In this document: in pieces, positions 51,429 to 63,549 of the stretch
Numbering within the stretch: the stretch's first letter is position 1
Layout of the letters: each line of letters begins with the position of its first letter
From: Rhynchobatus australiae
Lineage: Eukaryota
Assembly: GCA_034780895.1 (NCBI GenBank)
Contig: JAUZTB010000057.1
Span: 25,630,249 to 25,693,797, forward strand
Direction of reading: 5' to 3'
Length of the DNA stretch: 63,549 nucleotides
The notes under the pieces: generated by a model
What the model saw: only the letters and a program-made list of their open reading frames with translations
The model's database searches: none
Told to the model about the DNA's origin: nothing
Made by a program: the position numbers and the translations under genes

Positions 51429-53564
51429 ACATGGATGGACATAAGAGCTTTCCTACTTACATTTATCCAGTTTTACATCCTTGTTATCAATTTTTTCCAA
51501 CTGATACACTGTAATATAATGTTGATTTTAAAAATCTGAAAAGGTAAAGATCTGCCAGCAAGGCCGTTTCTAAAGCAAAGTCAACAATTTATGCAAAAAG
51601 AGAGGCAATACCTCAGAACGAACATTGTAAGAAACTTGATAAACCAAGAGAAATGGATCAGGATTCAACCAGCAGTGAAAGAGAAACTGCTGTCAGTAGA
51701 AATGCTTTAAGCAAATGGATAGCTACTACTAACCTTTTAGTGGATTCAAGGCAATAAAAAAAGTGCAAGAGTTGAACAGAGGTAGGAGTTTTGTAAGAAC
51801 AAGAGAAACCCAAAGAAAACATAATCATTATTTTTCAGAGATACATAATTTAGTTCTGTAACACAACGAAATCAATGCAATCAACATCAACCGAAGATGA
51901 TGCTAAGAATCTAAAGGAATAGTGAACTGGAAATGATTTACATCAATATGATAAACAGCAAGTCTGATTTCTAGTAGGCAAAAGAATACATGAAATTTGT
52001 GAAATATTATAATTAAACTTNNNNNNNNNNNNNNNNNNNNNNNNNNNNNNNNNNNNNNNNNNNNNNNNNNNNNNNNNNNNNNNNNNNNNNNNNNNNNNNN
52101 NNNNNNNNNNNNNNNNNNNNNNNNNNNNNNNNNNNNNNNNNNNNNNNNNNNNNNNNNNNNNNNNNNNNNNNNNNNNNNNNNNNNNNNNNNNNNNNNNNNN
52201 NNNNNNNNNNNNNNNNNNNNNNNNNNNNNNNNNNNNNNNNNNNNNNNNNNNNNNNNNNNNNNNNNNNNNNNNNNNNNNNNNNNNNNNNNNNNNNNNNNNN
52301 NNNNNNNNNNNNNNNNNNNNNNNNNNNNNNNNNNNNNNNNNNNNNNNNNNNNNNNNNNNNNNNNNNNNNNNNNNNNNNNNNNNNNNNNNNNNNNNNNNNN
52401 NNNNNNNNNNNNNNNNNNNNNNNNNNNNNNNNNNNNNNNNNNNNNNNNNNNNNNNNNNNNNNNNNNNNNNNNNNNNNNNNNNNNNNNNNNNNNNNNNNNN
52501 NNNNNNNNNNNNNNNNNNNNNNNNNNNNNNNNNNNNNNNNNNNNNNNNNNNNNNNNNNNNNNNNNNNNNNNNNNNNNNNNNNNNNNNNNNNNNNNNNNNN
52601 NNNNNNNNNNNNNNNNNNNNNNNNNNNNNNNNNNNNNNNNNNNNNNNNNNNNNNNNNNNNNNNNNNNNNNNNNNNNNNNNNNNNNNNNNNNNNNNNNNNN
52701 NNNNNNNNNNNNNNNNNNNNNNNNNNNNNNNNNNNNNNNNNNNNNNNNNNNNNNNNNNNNNNNNNNNNNNNNNNNNNNNNNNNNNNNNNNNNNNNNNNNN
52801 NNNNNNNNNNNNNNNNNNNNNNNNNNNNNNNNNNNNNNNNNNNNNNNCATCCAAAAAGTATAAAACATGATGCATTTTGATTCTTGGGGACACTCTCCCA
52901 CCTGATCTCCCCTGCACACATGTCTGCATTGAGATTAAATAAAGGTTCATTGCATCTGCTGCTTCAGTCTCAGAGTGGCTCTTCACCCACTAACAGCGGT
53001 AATAATCAATCGATAATAAAGTACAGTTCTACCCACCAGTTTGACATTCCTCATATTAATGATTGTTGCATGAAGGCTGTAGTTGGACATTTGTTACTGA
53101 CTGAACTGAATGATAAATGCTGGCTGTCAAAAAGATCCCTTGGAAAATAGTGTAAAGTTATCTGCAACATTTCTGTGGGAATACATCGTCTTTGCCACCC
53201 ATCTGAACAAAAGCACGTGCTTGATGAAAGGAAACCAATTGGTTCTTTACAATCTAACTGAAAAATATAAAAAGACAGTATGTAATATTTCATTCAAAGG
53301 ACACCATTTCTAGTCGTACAGTTAGGCCTCAATATGGCATGGAGTATATGCCGATACTTCGGAGCAGGATTTGAACCCACAACTCAAAAGAGAGTGGAAC
53401 CCATTAAGCAAGGCAAGCAGCAAATAACACAGCAGTGTGTCAGTATAGCTCTCAGAATTATTGAACTGACCAAACTGACTGAATCATTTCAAATAACCGG
53501 AAGTTTAAATTTCTCAAAAGGTCTAGATGTTGCCAAAAGTACCATTTACTGTTCACGAAATATC

Positions 53565-53650
53565 ATTGACCTGAAATGTAAACTCTGTTTCTCTCTCCAC
53601 AGATGCTGCCTGACCTGCTGAGTATATATCCAGCTATTTCTGTTTTTCTT
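53565..53650. repeat. Penelope-associated short repeat
   Basis: gacctgaaatgtaaactctgtttctctctccacagatgctgcctgacctgctgagtat..ccagc. Confidence 0.65.
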
Positions 53651-54219
53651 TGACACTTTCTGATATTTGAAGGCTGCTGCAAGTACTGTCAATGTTACTT
53701 CATCCTCACATACCAAGAGTGTAAAGTATTGGTCTTAGTCACTCCATTTTTTTCCTTCCACAAGTCTCTGCATCATCACATGAGGATTTAATTACTGGCT
53801 TTTCCAAATATAAATGTAATAACATATGCATAAGCAGTCAAATTACCTGGGATTTTGCTCCATTGCACATGCTCAGGACAAACCCACTCACAGAAATGAA
53901 GCTTGTGAAAAAAACTAATCATTGATGATATATGCTACTTCTGTGCATCTCTGTCATTCCAACTATAAGGTTTCTCTGAATAGTTCCACACTATAATGTT
54001 ATAACAACATTGTGCTTAGTCTAGCACATTGTGATGGGACAGCAACTGACATACTGTGGAATTTTAAGGGCATTAATTCAACACATTAATGCATAGAGTG
54101 GTGAAGGAACACAATATGTCAGAACAACAACAGTTAAACAGAACCTAAAAATTATTTCAAAAATAATATAACAAATCATTTCAAAATTGGGGAAATGTTT
54201 ATTACAGACTACGTCTTTT

Positions 54220-54345
54220 AGTAAAGGGTCTCAGACCTGAAAAGTTAACCATTTCTCTTTCCACAGCTGCTATCTGAGCTACTGAGTGTTTCCCGCATTT
54301 TCTGTTTGTATTTCAGATTTCCATCATCTGCAGTTTTTGTTTTTC
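54220..54345. repeat. Penelope-associated short repeat
   Basis: aaagggtctcagacctgaaaagttaac...ccacagctgctatctgagctactgagtgtttcccgcattttctgtttgtatttcagatttccatcatctgcagt. Confidence 0.65.
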
Positions 54346-57300
54346 TCTTGTATGCAGCTCTTTGTTCCATCAACATACATAAAGTGCAGAATTTTGAACA
54401 GCCCAAGTGCTCCAAGGCAAAGGATGTATGAAAATTGTGGAATCCAGATTCTTAATCATATGAAGAAACAGAAATTAAGATCTTCATTCCTCCAAAGCAG
54501 TGAAATGTGAAAATGGTCACAACTGTAAGCATCACAAAGCCCACCATAAACCAACTGAAGGTTAAAAATAGTTCTGAAGACATTAAAAAAATGCTTTTAG
54601 TGTTTTGTAATTCTGTATTTTTCCTTGTCTCCTCAAATTTAATTCAAGCTTCATCACTGAGGCTGCTTTGGACTTATGAGGCAATGCAATTACTGCTAAA
54701 GGCAGCCAGGGTGACAGCTCCAGTCAACATTGCAGCAAGACTCATTCACCCCTCCGTTTGTCCCAGAAACCAAACTATGTTACTCCATGGGGTTAATATA
54801 TCAACTAAAACGTCATGTTGATTAGACAGGCCTTTACTCTTTTCACTATCTTACTTAATTATCTGATAAAATAGTACAATTATGACATTATCTAAATGGG
54901 ATGCAAATCAAACCACAACTATTAAAATAAATGGTTCTAAATGTACTTAATGGAGCATTCTCCTCTCAGTCTTGTGACCACATTGTCTAACTCAGCAGGA
55001 ACACTTTGCCAATTTCAAAAACAAAGTTGAACTTTATATCCTCAGCAGTTGTTGCATTATTTATGAAGAGCAATACAAACATTGGTCAGGATTTTGCTGT
55101 TTGTTCCAGTACCACACCAAGCTGCCAGCATGATCACATCTAAATACCTGCAAGTTCAAGATTTTTATGCATATGTTTCTCAATGCTTAAATCGCAAACT
55201 TGCTGACAGCTTCCTGTCAGCAGATCTCTCATAGTGCTGCACTGCTGGACTCTATATGGAATTAGATCAGACACAGGAACCGCAAGCCCATTCAGCCGAA
55301 TGGAGATGTTACACCTGGGAGAAAGAAAGGTAATAACAAGAGGAGATACTTTCCCCAAGGAACAGATCTACTGCTGTGTTACCAACTAGTGAGGCAGTCA
55401 GTACCACAGTCCTCTCCTTGTCTGAGAACAGAAAGAAAAAGGGATAATGGGATAAAATGTTACTGTTTTCATTTCTTGTCTATACAGTAATGTTTTTAGT
55501 TATTTGATTAAATTGATGTGTTTTTTAAACTATTAAGTGTTTAATTTCCTTAATGCTTATTCCATTTTCTTTCTCAGTATCAAGATGTATGCCCATACTG
55601 CCCAATGTTTATTTACAGTACATGATCATGTTATTTGAGATCTAATAATAGGAACTTGGGATCTGAACTGGATCACACATTTTTCAAAGTCTACCCCTAC
55701 ATGTATTTGTCCTGTATTTTGAGAGGCTGGCTAAGGAATGAAAATACACAGCAACAGGTAAAATAAATTCCACTTAATTGAACTTCACTCTCTCTGATCT
55801 GTCACATTCCCTTGGGCAAAATATCTCCTTTTCTAAAATGAATTGTTGTTCTGGCTAATATGCTTTCCCCGAGAATTGTTCCTCATTATACAAGTTTGGA
55901 ACATTTTGAACTGTGGTTTTATAATTATGTTAGTAATTGTGCTACACAGGCAGAGGAAATATTCCCCTGTTGTTTTCATAAAACCAGAAAAAAATGCTTC
56001 AGTAATCTAATTATTGGGGAGGTGAGAAATGGAGTTTGGTGTGGTACCTGCTGATGTCGAACAACTTAAATACATTGCGACATCTCTGAAGAAACCACTT
56101 TAAATTATAAAAGGAAAATAGACATCACTCTCATCTCCACCCCCTTTGCTGTTCCAGGAAATAGCTGAATTGCACCAGCAGTGCTTTAGATGGTGATGTA
56201 TTCCAAATTGACAGTGTAAATTGACTGATTCGTGCCACAATCCAGTTCCCAATGGTACTGGGCCCAAAGCACAAAACTCTCTGTAATTTAACATAAATTG
56301 GCACTAAATTGTCAATGTCACTCAGGAAAGGCATAATAATTGAGTTGGGAAATGAAAGTGCCACCATGGAATCATCCAGATTTTGTTTTAAACCTAAGAT
56401 GGGGAAAAAGCACGTTCTTGGGGCAAAATAAAGAATCCAACTCCATTCAATTAATTGTATATTGGAAGTATCAAGGAATGGAAAAATGCTCTGTTCTTCA
56501 CAGTGACATCTCACAGTCTGATGAACATTTTTTGATAAAACAAAGCAGGGGCTGCACTAACAGTACATTCCACCAGGGACACTCAAAAGCAGACAGACTG
56601 AAAATATCACACGCAAAGCACTGCCAGCATCAACATACCAGATCTTTCTGAAACAATTTCTTTTAACAAAGATGATATGGTTGATATGTTTTTGAAATAA
56701 TTTCCACAAGTAGTCTTGTAACAACTAAACTGTATTTCAGGAATTGTCTTAGGTAGGTGGCAGCTCAAAATATGGAAAAAAAATCGATTCAGTCGATGAC
56801 AGGATGTCTGTTGTAAACGTGAAGCACTAGACTTAGCCCGGATACTAAATTTTAAGTACTTTTCTGGTCATTAGTCACATTTTGGTTCCACTTTCAAAGT
56901 AAAATTTGCAATTCATTCTGTGTTGGCTAAAGGGAGCAAAATAAAAGGACAATGAACAAACCAAATAATTCCCTTAACCGAGGGGATTAAAAGTCACAAT
57001 ACAGTTCACATAAAAACTAGACAAAAATGAATACGGAACCCAGTAAGGATATAAATAGAATAGTAATAAGAAGTTTTATCAAAAAGACCACTTTTGATGA
57101 TGTTTTATTTAAAGACAGGCAGGATGTAGAGTGGTAAAGGATTGTTTTGTGGAGAACTGCACAGGACAGTGATATTTGTGTCATTGATGGTTCATGGGGC
57201 AGCACCAGCTGATCAAAACTGGATGGAAAGATGGTTAATGAGGATGAGCTCAAATGCATGACCTCAGGAAGTAAGGCAATAGAGGGGGATCGGCCAGGTG

Positions 57301-58190
57301 AAATTGGTCCTCTGAGGGATGAACAGCAACTGCCACACCAGGTCGTCAGAAGTATCCCTTAAGAGAATCAAAGTTAATTGGCAGTTCATTCAACAAGCAT
57401 TCATTTATAATGGCAGTCAAGAGCAGGAGGGCAAACAAGTATTGATTGATTGGGGCAATCTACCAGCAGGGCATGACTGAGTGACAGAAATAGCTGAAAA
57501 AAGGACAGAAGGGTCTAATCAGGGCCAAGAGCAAACAAAAGAATAGCCAATTGCAAACCCAGATGGATGAGTTGACATATTCTGTCTTCTCTGAATATTA
57601 AGCTTATACAAGAGCTTTCAAACTGTAAAGAGATTTATCATCAGAGAAGCTGAAGCCAGATATAAACTTGTAGTTTGTTACCCTAACCTCATTCCTACCA
57701 ATTCTTTCTCCCCAAAAACATATAAACAAAGTCCTTTAATGCATTCTGACTCGACCAAATAGCATGAAAACTCTCTCCTGCAGTGGATGTGTTTTGATTA
57801 AATCAGCTTTAATCTTAGCAATGATTTAAGCTGTATGATTCATAAGTGAAATCTATTCAGACTGTCAAGGTGAACAAATGATAAATACTCAAGTGCATCC
57901 CACGAAATGCTGGTAAAAGTAAAGATTTTACCTCACAGAACACAAATGTGCTCACTGATGCCTCCAGTTGTGAGTACCTTTAACGTTATCCATAACAAAA
58001 CCCATGGACTTAACAACCACAGTGACTGAGAGTTTGGAAAATGGTCTAGAATGAGGAGGAATTTAGAAACTTACTAAAAATTATTTAGGATTATTTATTA
58101 ATTAATTAACAAACCTATTCAATAGTGAAGGAGTACTACATTGTCAAAAATGCCATGATTAGAAGGAGGTTTATGAATTTTTTTAAAAAA

Positions 58191-58721
58191 ACTGCAGATG
58201 CTGGAAATCTGAAATAAAAACAGAAAATGCTGAACATACTCAGGTCAGGCCTCAACAGTGGGTAGAGAAATAGGGTCAGTGTTTCAGGTTGAAGGCTCTT
58301 CAACCTGAAGCATTAACCCTGTTTTTCTTTCTACAGATGTGGCCTGATCTCAGAGTCCTAGAAAGAAGCAGTACGGAAACAGGCCCTTTGGCCCACTGAG
58401 TCCATGCTGACCATTAATCAACTACTTACACTAATCCAAATTCTTTATTCTTCCCATGTTCCCATCAACTTTTCCCAGATTCTACTGCTCACCTATGCAC
58501 AAGGGACGACAGTGGCCAATCAACCTACCAACCTGCACTGGAAAATTGGAGGAAACCACTGTGCCCAGAGGAAACCCACACAGTCACAAGGAGGACCTGC
58601 AAACTCCATGCAGACAAGATTGAACTGGGGTTCCTGGTGCTGTGAGCAGTGGCTTTACTAGCTGTGCCACTCTATAAACCTACGGAGTAGTTCCAGCATT
58701 TTTTGTTTTTATTTTAGATTT
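58191..58721. repeat. Fold-back repeat split by a SINE insertion
   Basis: The left arm spans 58191-58294, the apex is ttcaggttgaag-gct-cttcaacctgaa, and the right arm runs to ~58349 and resumes at ~58685 (gagtagttccagcatttt...tttttattttagattt). Confidence 0.75.
58352..58672 (-). mobile_element. V-SINE (antisense) nested in the fold-back repeat
   Basis: Tail ggaaacaggccctttggcccactgagtccatg; core ggaggaaaccactgtgcccagaggaaacccacacagtcacaagg; head gattgaactggggttcctggtgctgtgagcag...ctgtgccac. Confidence 0.75.
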
Positions 58722-60837
58722 GAATGAGGCATTTAACCAAGGCCCTGAATGCTTTACTTCATTTGAAAACCATATTTTTCCAGAGAGTAATCGAAGTATT
58801 TTGTTAACTGACAAATGAAACTCTGTTACCAAGAGATCTTCCCATGTCAGATACAAGTGACTGAATCATTTGCAGGATAAACCCCTCTCTTTGAATTCTC
58901 ATCAACTATTCCATGGTGCAACACAGGTGAATGGTTCCCTGAAAAAGTAATATCACTTTATGAAACAACTGTTTATTTAAGGAACTGTGAAAAAGAAGAG
59001 ATGCCCCATGGCCCTTAAAATCTATTTTTCCATTTAACTAGAGAAATCAATGAAAATAAAAATTGGTTTCTGTAACAGGGAGCCCCTCCACAAAACCAGC
59101 TGTATGCTTTGGCAGCATATTGAAAATCTATCCCCAGAGTGATAAACTCCCAATTCATAAATAAGGGATCAAGCTTTTCAAACACTTCTCATTAAGGAAG
59201 TTGCAATCGAGGTGGTTCAGCAAAATTTCCAGGAGACAACATTAACATCATTCATAGTTGCATTTGATTACTATGGAAACAGGGCTCCTTCTGTGCAAGC
59301 ACAGGTTCACAGATAATTCTATTGTTGCTCACTGCACCTTCCCACAGCTTAAACACACTGTTCCCAATTAGCTGAGTGCTCCACACCAAGTTGTAATTGT
59401 GTTAAGAATCAAATGAAAAATATTTCTTGCAGACATTACATACAGTCTGAGCGCCTCATGGACATTCAGTCCCTTAAGAGGGTAAATTGCTAAAATTGCA
59501 AAACCAGTCAAGTCCAGAGCCTTTTGTTGTTTAAAAATGAGATCCTAAATATTGTCAGTTAAACATGAGATTGTTACAGGAAAAGTCAGCCTTTATTGGG
59601 GAACATTCTGCAAGGGACTACATTCTAAAATACCTGATGTAAAGTTGTTTGCAATCACTAAAAAATTCTACGCCATATGTTTCCTATAACAGAATGCACA
59701 AAAAACAGTGATACAGACACGTGACCCTTCCATTGATTGATTTTAATGGGCTGATTCAACAATAATGTAAGTTTCTATGGCGATGGTGAGCATAAAAAGA
59801 GTAATTTATAAAGATTTTTAAATGATTCAACATCTTTTTGCTTGTTTTTTGGAGTTAGATGTGATGAACACAATCAAATTTGATGTGTCGAGAGGAGCAT
59901 ATTGGGACAAAGAAGAGGTATAGAAAGGAGAGAACAACAGTAGGGGAAAGACAGCAAGGATAGTGCACGCCAGGCAAATTCTTGAGTTGTCAGTGTCATC
60001 CTCAGTCAATATTCCCAGTGGAAGGGGTGGGACAGTGGGGGTAATGAAGTTCCACATCATGAAAAAGCTTAGCTAAGAGGTATTGGGGTTTGTGAAAACA
60101 AGAATCACGCAGTGTAATTCATCAGAAAGATTCTCATCAGGATACAGAACCACTTCATCCTGCCAGTCGAAACAAGCAGCAAAAAAATACTCTATTCCCT
60201 AAGAAGGCCTTCTTCACTTTGATTCCAAGACAATAAAAACAAAATGCATGCAAAAAAAATTCTACTCACGTCATAACCATTTGTAAATTAATGCATATTT
60301 TACAGTGTTTAGAACAAAGTAACAATTCCTCAGGTACTCCCAAAAGGATAAAATAATTCATAAATGCCAACTGCACTAAATGGCCTTAAAACTCACAGCC
60401 AAGAAGCACATTCCAGATAAACATAGTGGTTGTTTATAAGAGAGACTCTGGTAAGGGCAAGAACAAAAGGTTGGTTGAAGTTCCAGGCTGGTCAACAAAT
60501 AGGGGTTGATTGTATTTTGCACGACACTATCAGTATAAAACAGAATTCTGCATCTCCCCCATAAGCCAGGTGTCTGAAACAGACATAAACTTGTTTGTGT
60601 AAAAGTTCCAAGTGCAGTCAGAGTTTGGTTGATTTAACTTGAAATGTCCAAAATAAAAAAATAATTGAACTGTACCAAACCTCTACAAGGCAGCTCAAGA
60701 AGCTGATCACAACCATCTCTTCAGAAGAATGAGATTTAAATTTAAAACAAAAATGCTGGCTATGAATAAACAGAGATAGTTTAAGGGAATATATTTGAAA
60801 GTTAATATAACACATCTGAATTGCATAAAATAGCATC

Positions 60838-61045
60838 GAAACATGCCATTCAATCCATGGTCAATGCCTATGTTTATGCTGCCCTTCCATCCCTATGTCA
60901 CCTCTACCTCCATCAGTATTACCCTCTGTTTCTTTATCCCCTGTACATTTAACAAATTTCCCCTAAAATGCAAATGTGCAATTCACCTCTGCAGCACATT
61001 CCACATTCTCACCACTCTCTAGGTAAAGACATTTGCCCCAGATTT
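60838..61045 (-). mobile_element. CR1-like 3' fragment
   Basis: gcagcacattccacattctcaccactctctaggtaaagacattt is the antisense of the FF..RVV..WN.L motif. Confidence 0.55.
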
Positions 61046-63354
61046 ATCTGAGTGCAGCTTAACTTAACAGAGCCAGGTTATTGGAGTCTCCCACTATTGC
61101 TTGATCTTTCTGCATGGGCAGTGCAGAAGTCAGTGTTCCCTTGTTGCAAGTAACTTGCCAAGAGTGCAAAAGAAACCTATTTGTTTAGGAGATGATCAGT
61201 TATGGAAACTCATTTTATGTATAATAATATGCAAAAGTAATTAGCATAAAATAAACTTTACTGAATATAACCCTATTTTTAAATGGCTTCATTCTTAAAT
61301 TCAAATATTAATGTATAGGATTGAGGAGAACACCAAATTAAAAATATTTCACATCTACTGATCAGAATGATCAAAATCCCATCCAATCAAATGTTGCATT
61401 GAAAGTCTCGATGTGATCCAGTAAAACGTTCTTTGCCACATGAATTCTAACCTCATTAGTATGCGTCTCCCCATAACCCCCAATCCAAAAATGCAAGAAA
61501 GTGAGCCCTCCAAACTTTCCCCCTCCAAATGTATACAAAAAAAGTCCTTCATCCAAAGATCATGCAAATGCTAGGAGTTTCCTTCATACAATGTAAATAG
61601 ACAGTAACAGGATCAGAATGCCAAGGTCACAGTGAACTATTTCAGCAGAACCACTTTGAAAAACGAATTTGCAATCATGTGTGAAACAATGCAATAAACT
61701 GCATTACTTTACAAGAGCCCTCGCCAAAATTAATGAGGCTTTTACCCCAAACTAAATTGCAAAACAAAAGCTGATGAAAAGTTAAAACCAACCTCTGTTT
61801 AATCTCTGCAATTACCTTTCACAAGGAACCAGGTTTGTGAGAGAATATTGCATCTATCAACATTTTTTCAGTTCTTCTCTCAAATCAGTCCTTCATTTAC
61901 AGTCCTAGATTATGAACCAGATATGATGTTCAACTGAGGATGGAGGAGGCAGAAAAACTACCTTGCTTCTGCTCTCAGCTACAATCCAGACTTCCACTCT
62001 CGAAGCAGGAAATATTAGATAGTGTTTAGTGGAGAACCCTTGGCAATTGTTCCCTTCTTTATCAGAGATCTCAAAAGGGCAATTTTAGTGCCCTCATCAC
62101 CATATTGAAAATGTGGCAGGAAGCAGCTACAAACCTAAGTTTGGCCAAATAACCAATCATGAAATACACCTGATCATTAGCAGAAGCCAAAGACTTAATA
62201 CTGTATCACCATTTATGGATTCCCTCTAAAGTTATGGCATCACAAAAGACCAAGAAACTTGCCTTCACTCAAGCCTCCAGTGCTGCCACTATGGATTGCA
62301 GCCTCATATGCAAGATTGACTCTGACTCTGCACTAATTCCTAGCTGAAACTGGTCAACAAATACATTAAAAACAATGTAAACCAAGCAGGATTTGTATGT
62401 TCAACCATTCAATCCTGTCAGCAGCCTTTATTTATTAGCTCATAAAAAAAGCTGCAGTAAAANNNNNNNNNNNNNNNNNNNNNNNNNNNNNNNNNNNNNN
62501 NNNNNNNNNNNNNNNNNNNNNNNNNNNNNNNNNNNNNNNNNNNNNNNNNNNNNNNNNNNNNNAACCTGCACTGCAAAAAAAAAGATTAACTTGGATTTTA
62601 CCAAAGAGCCTGATATTGTAGTTTATAAGTGCACTTTAAAATGGAATGTTGCAGCCTGAAATGATTTTAAATTACAGCTTTGACAAGGTCCCACATGGTA
62701 GGAGCGAGAAGAGAGTAGAGAATATATCACCAAATGGTTTAACAAGCCCAAGGCCAAGCATTTGCTAATCTAACTACTTTTTCAAGTCTTAAACCATTGA
62801 ATAAAGTATTCTTACAGAAAGTCCAAATTCCAAATATTAGGAAGTTTTTGCAGTTAAGGTTGGGAAAGTTTTAAAATTACATGGAAATTGTATAAAACTG
62901 CAACGGTAATGCAGATCTTAATATAACCCTTCTTCAAAAAAATTTGTTCAGCTATCCTGCCATCTACTTTAAATTTGTCCCCATGGGTTTGAGTCCAGTC
63001 AAACTGAGTCACTGGACTGTCCTTTTTCTAGCACGTGGCTGTCGAGGTTCCTAACAAGTTTGGGAGTATAGTCACAAATCCATCACGCCATGTTGCTCAG
63101 TAGTTATATTTTTTTTCCAAATTGCTAGATATTGTCAGAGCAAATTAATCTGAAAATTGTTTTTTTTTGTAAAAGCATCTTTACCAAGAAGGAAATTTCA
63201 CAACCTGAGTCCTTTCTTAGAAGCTAATGGCAAGAAATTTGATTATACCTATATTTTGGTGCAGTAAAATGTTATTACATTTAGCACATCGGGTCTCTTG
63301 TATAAAAGGCCAAAATCCAGTTAGGAACAGCATTAAGGTGGTTTAAAAAACAAC

Positions 63355-63530
63355 CCCATAGAGGAATTCAAGTGGGCCAGGCACTGTCTGCAGAGAGAAA
63401 GGGATAGTTGATGTTTCGGGTTGAAACCCCGCCTCAAGGTTGAGAATGCAAAGGGGAGATAACCAGTATAAAAGAGGTGAGAGCGAGGGGTGAGACAGGA
63501 ACTGGCAAGCAGCAGGTGGACTAGGGTGGT
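63355..63530 (-). repeat. Penelope-associated repeat
   Basis: gaggaattcaagtgggccaggcactgtctgcagagagaaagggatagttgatgtttcgggttgaaacccc. The minus strand reads cttgaggcggggtttcaacccgaaacatc. Confidence 0.6.
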
Positions 63531-63549
63531 TTACACCCAGTAACAAATA

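Larger units (their letters stand above)
13817..63549 (-). other. TTC28: Large upstream intron of TTC28 (intron 2 equivalent), continuing beyond the window
   Basis: No recognisable TTC28 exon 2 peptide is present in the visible sequence, which consists of repeats and non-coding DNA. N gaps could hide sequence. Confidence 0.75.

Noticed and set aside
2893-52986. Long ORFs (200-350 aa) in the ORF track, e.g. 5088-6113, 11296-12327, 51943-52986
   Set aside because: They are almost entirely X, translated from N runs, and are artefacts of gaps.
55201-55222. Perfect 9-bp stem tgctgacag-cttc-ctgtcagca
   Set aside because: Too short to be significant in 63 kb and has no supporting context.
1-63549. 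A novel multi-gene biological system
   Set aside because: The window holds one host exon plus decayed repeats. No intact transposase, RT or novel gene cluster is visible, although the content of the N gaps cannot be assessed.

Overview
This is AT-rich vertebrate genomic DNA with many N runs. The repeat content (V-SINE/HE1-like SINEs, Deu-domain SINEs, CR1, Rex1/Babar, RTE, Tx1-like and Penelope-associated repeats) suggests a cartilaginous fish, probably a shark or ray; this is inferred from recall, not from a search. The only supportable host coding sequence is one 148-bp minus-strand exon (13669-13816) encoding AYFRQGVALQYLGRHADALAAFASGLAQDPKSLQLLVGMVEAAMKSPLR. I recognise it as the TPR-encoding third exon of TTC28, so the whole window appears to be intronic sequence around that exon, filled with decayed transposable elements. 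The N runs are probably assembly gaps rather than repeat masking: six are exactly 100 N and some have duplicated flanks. I found no convincing new biological system. The best leads are a decayed Gmr1-like gypsy gag with a SCAN-like motif, a dispersed fold-back repeat family with degenerate hammerhead-like cores, a near-perfect ~130-nt hairpin at 10.7 kb, SINE tail swapping, a TA-flanked MITE, and several candidate conserved non-coding enhancers. Repeat boundaries were set by eye and are approximate, and family names come from motif recognition rather than database hits.
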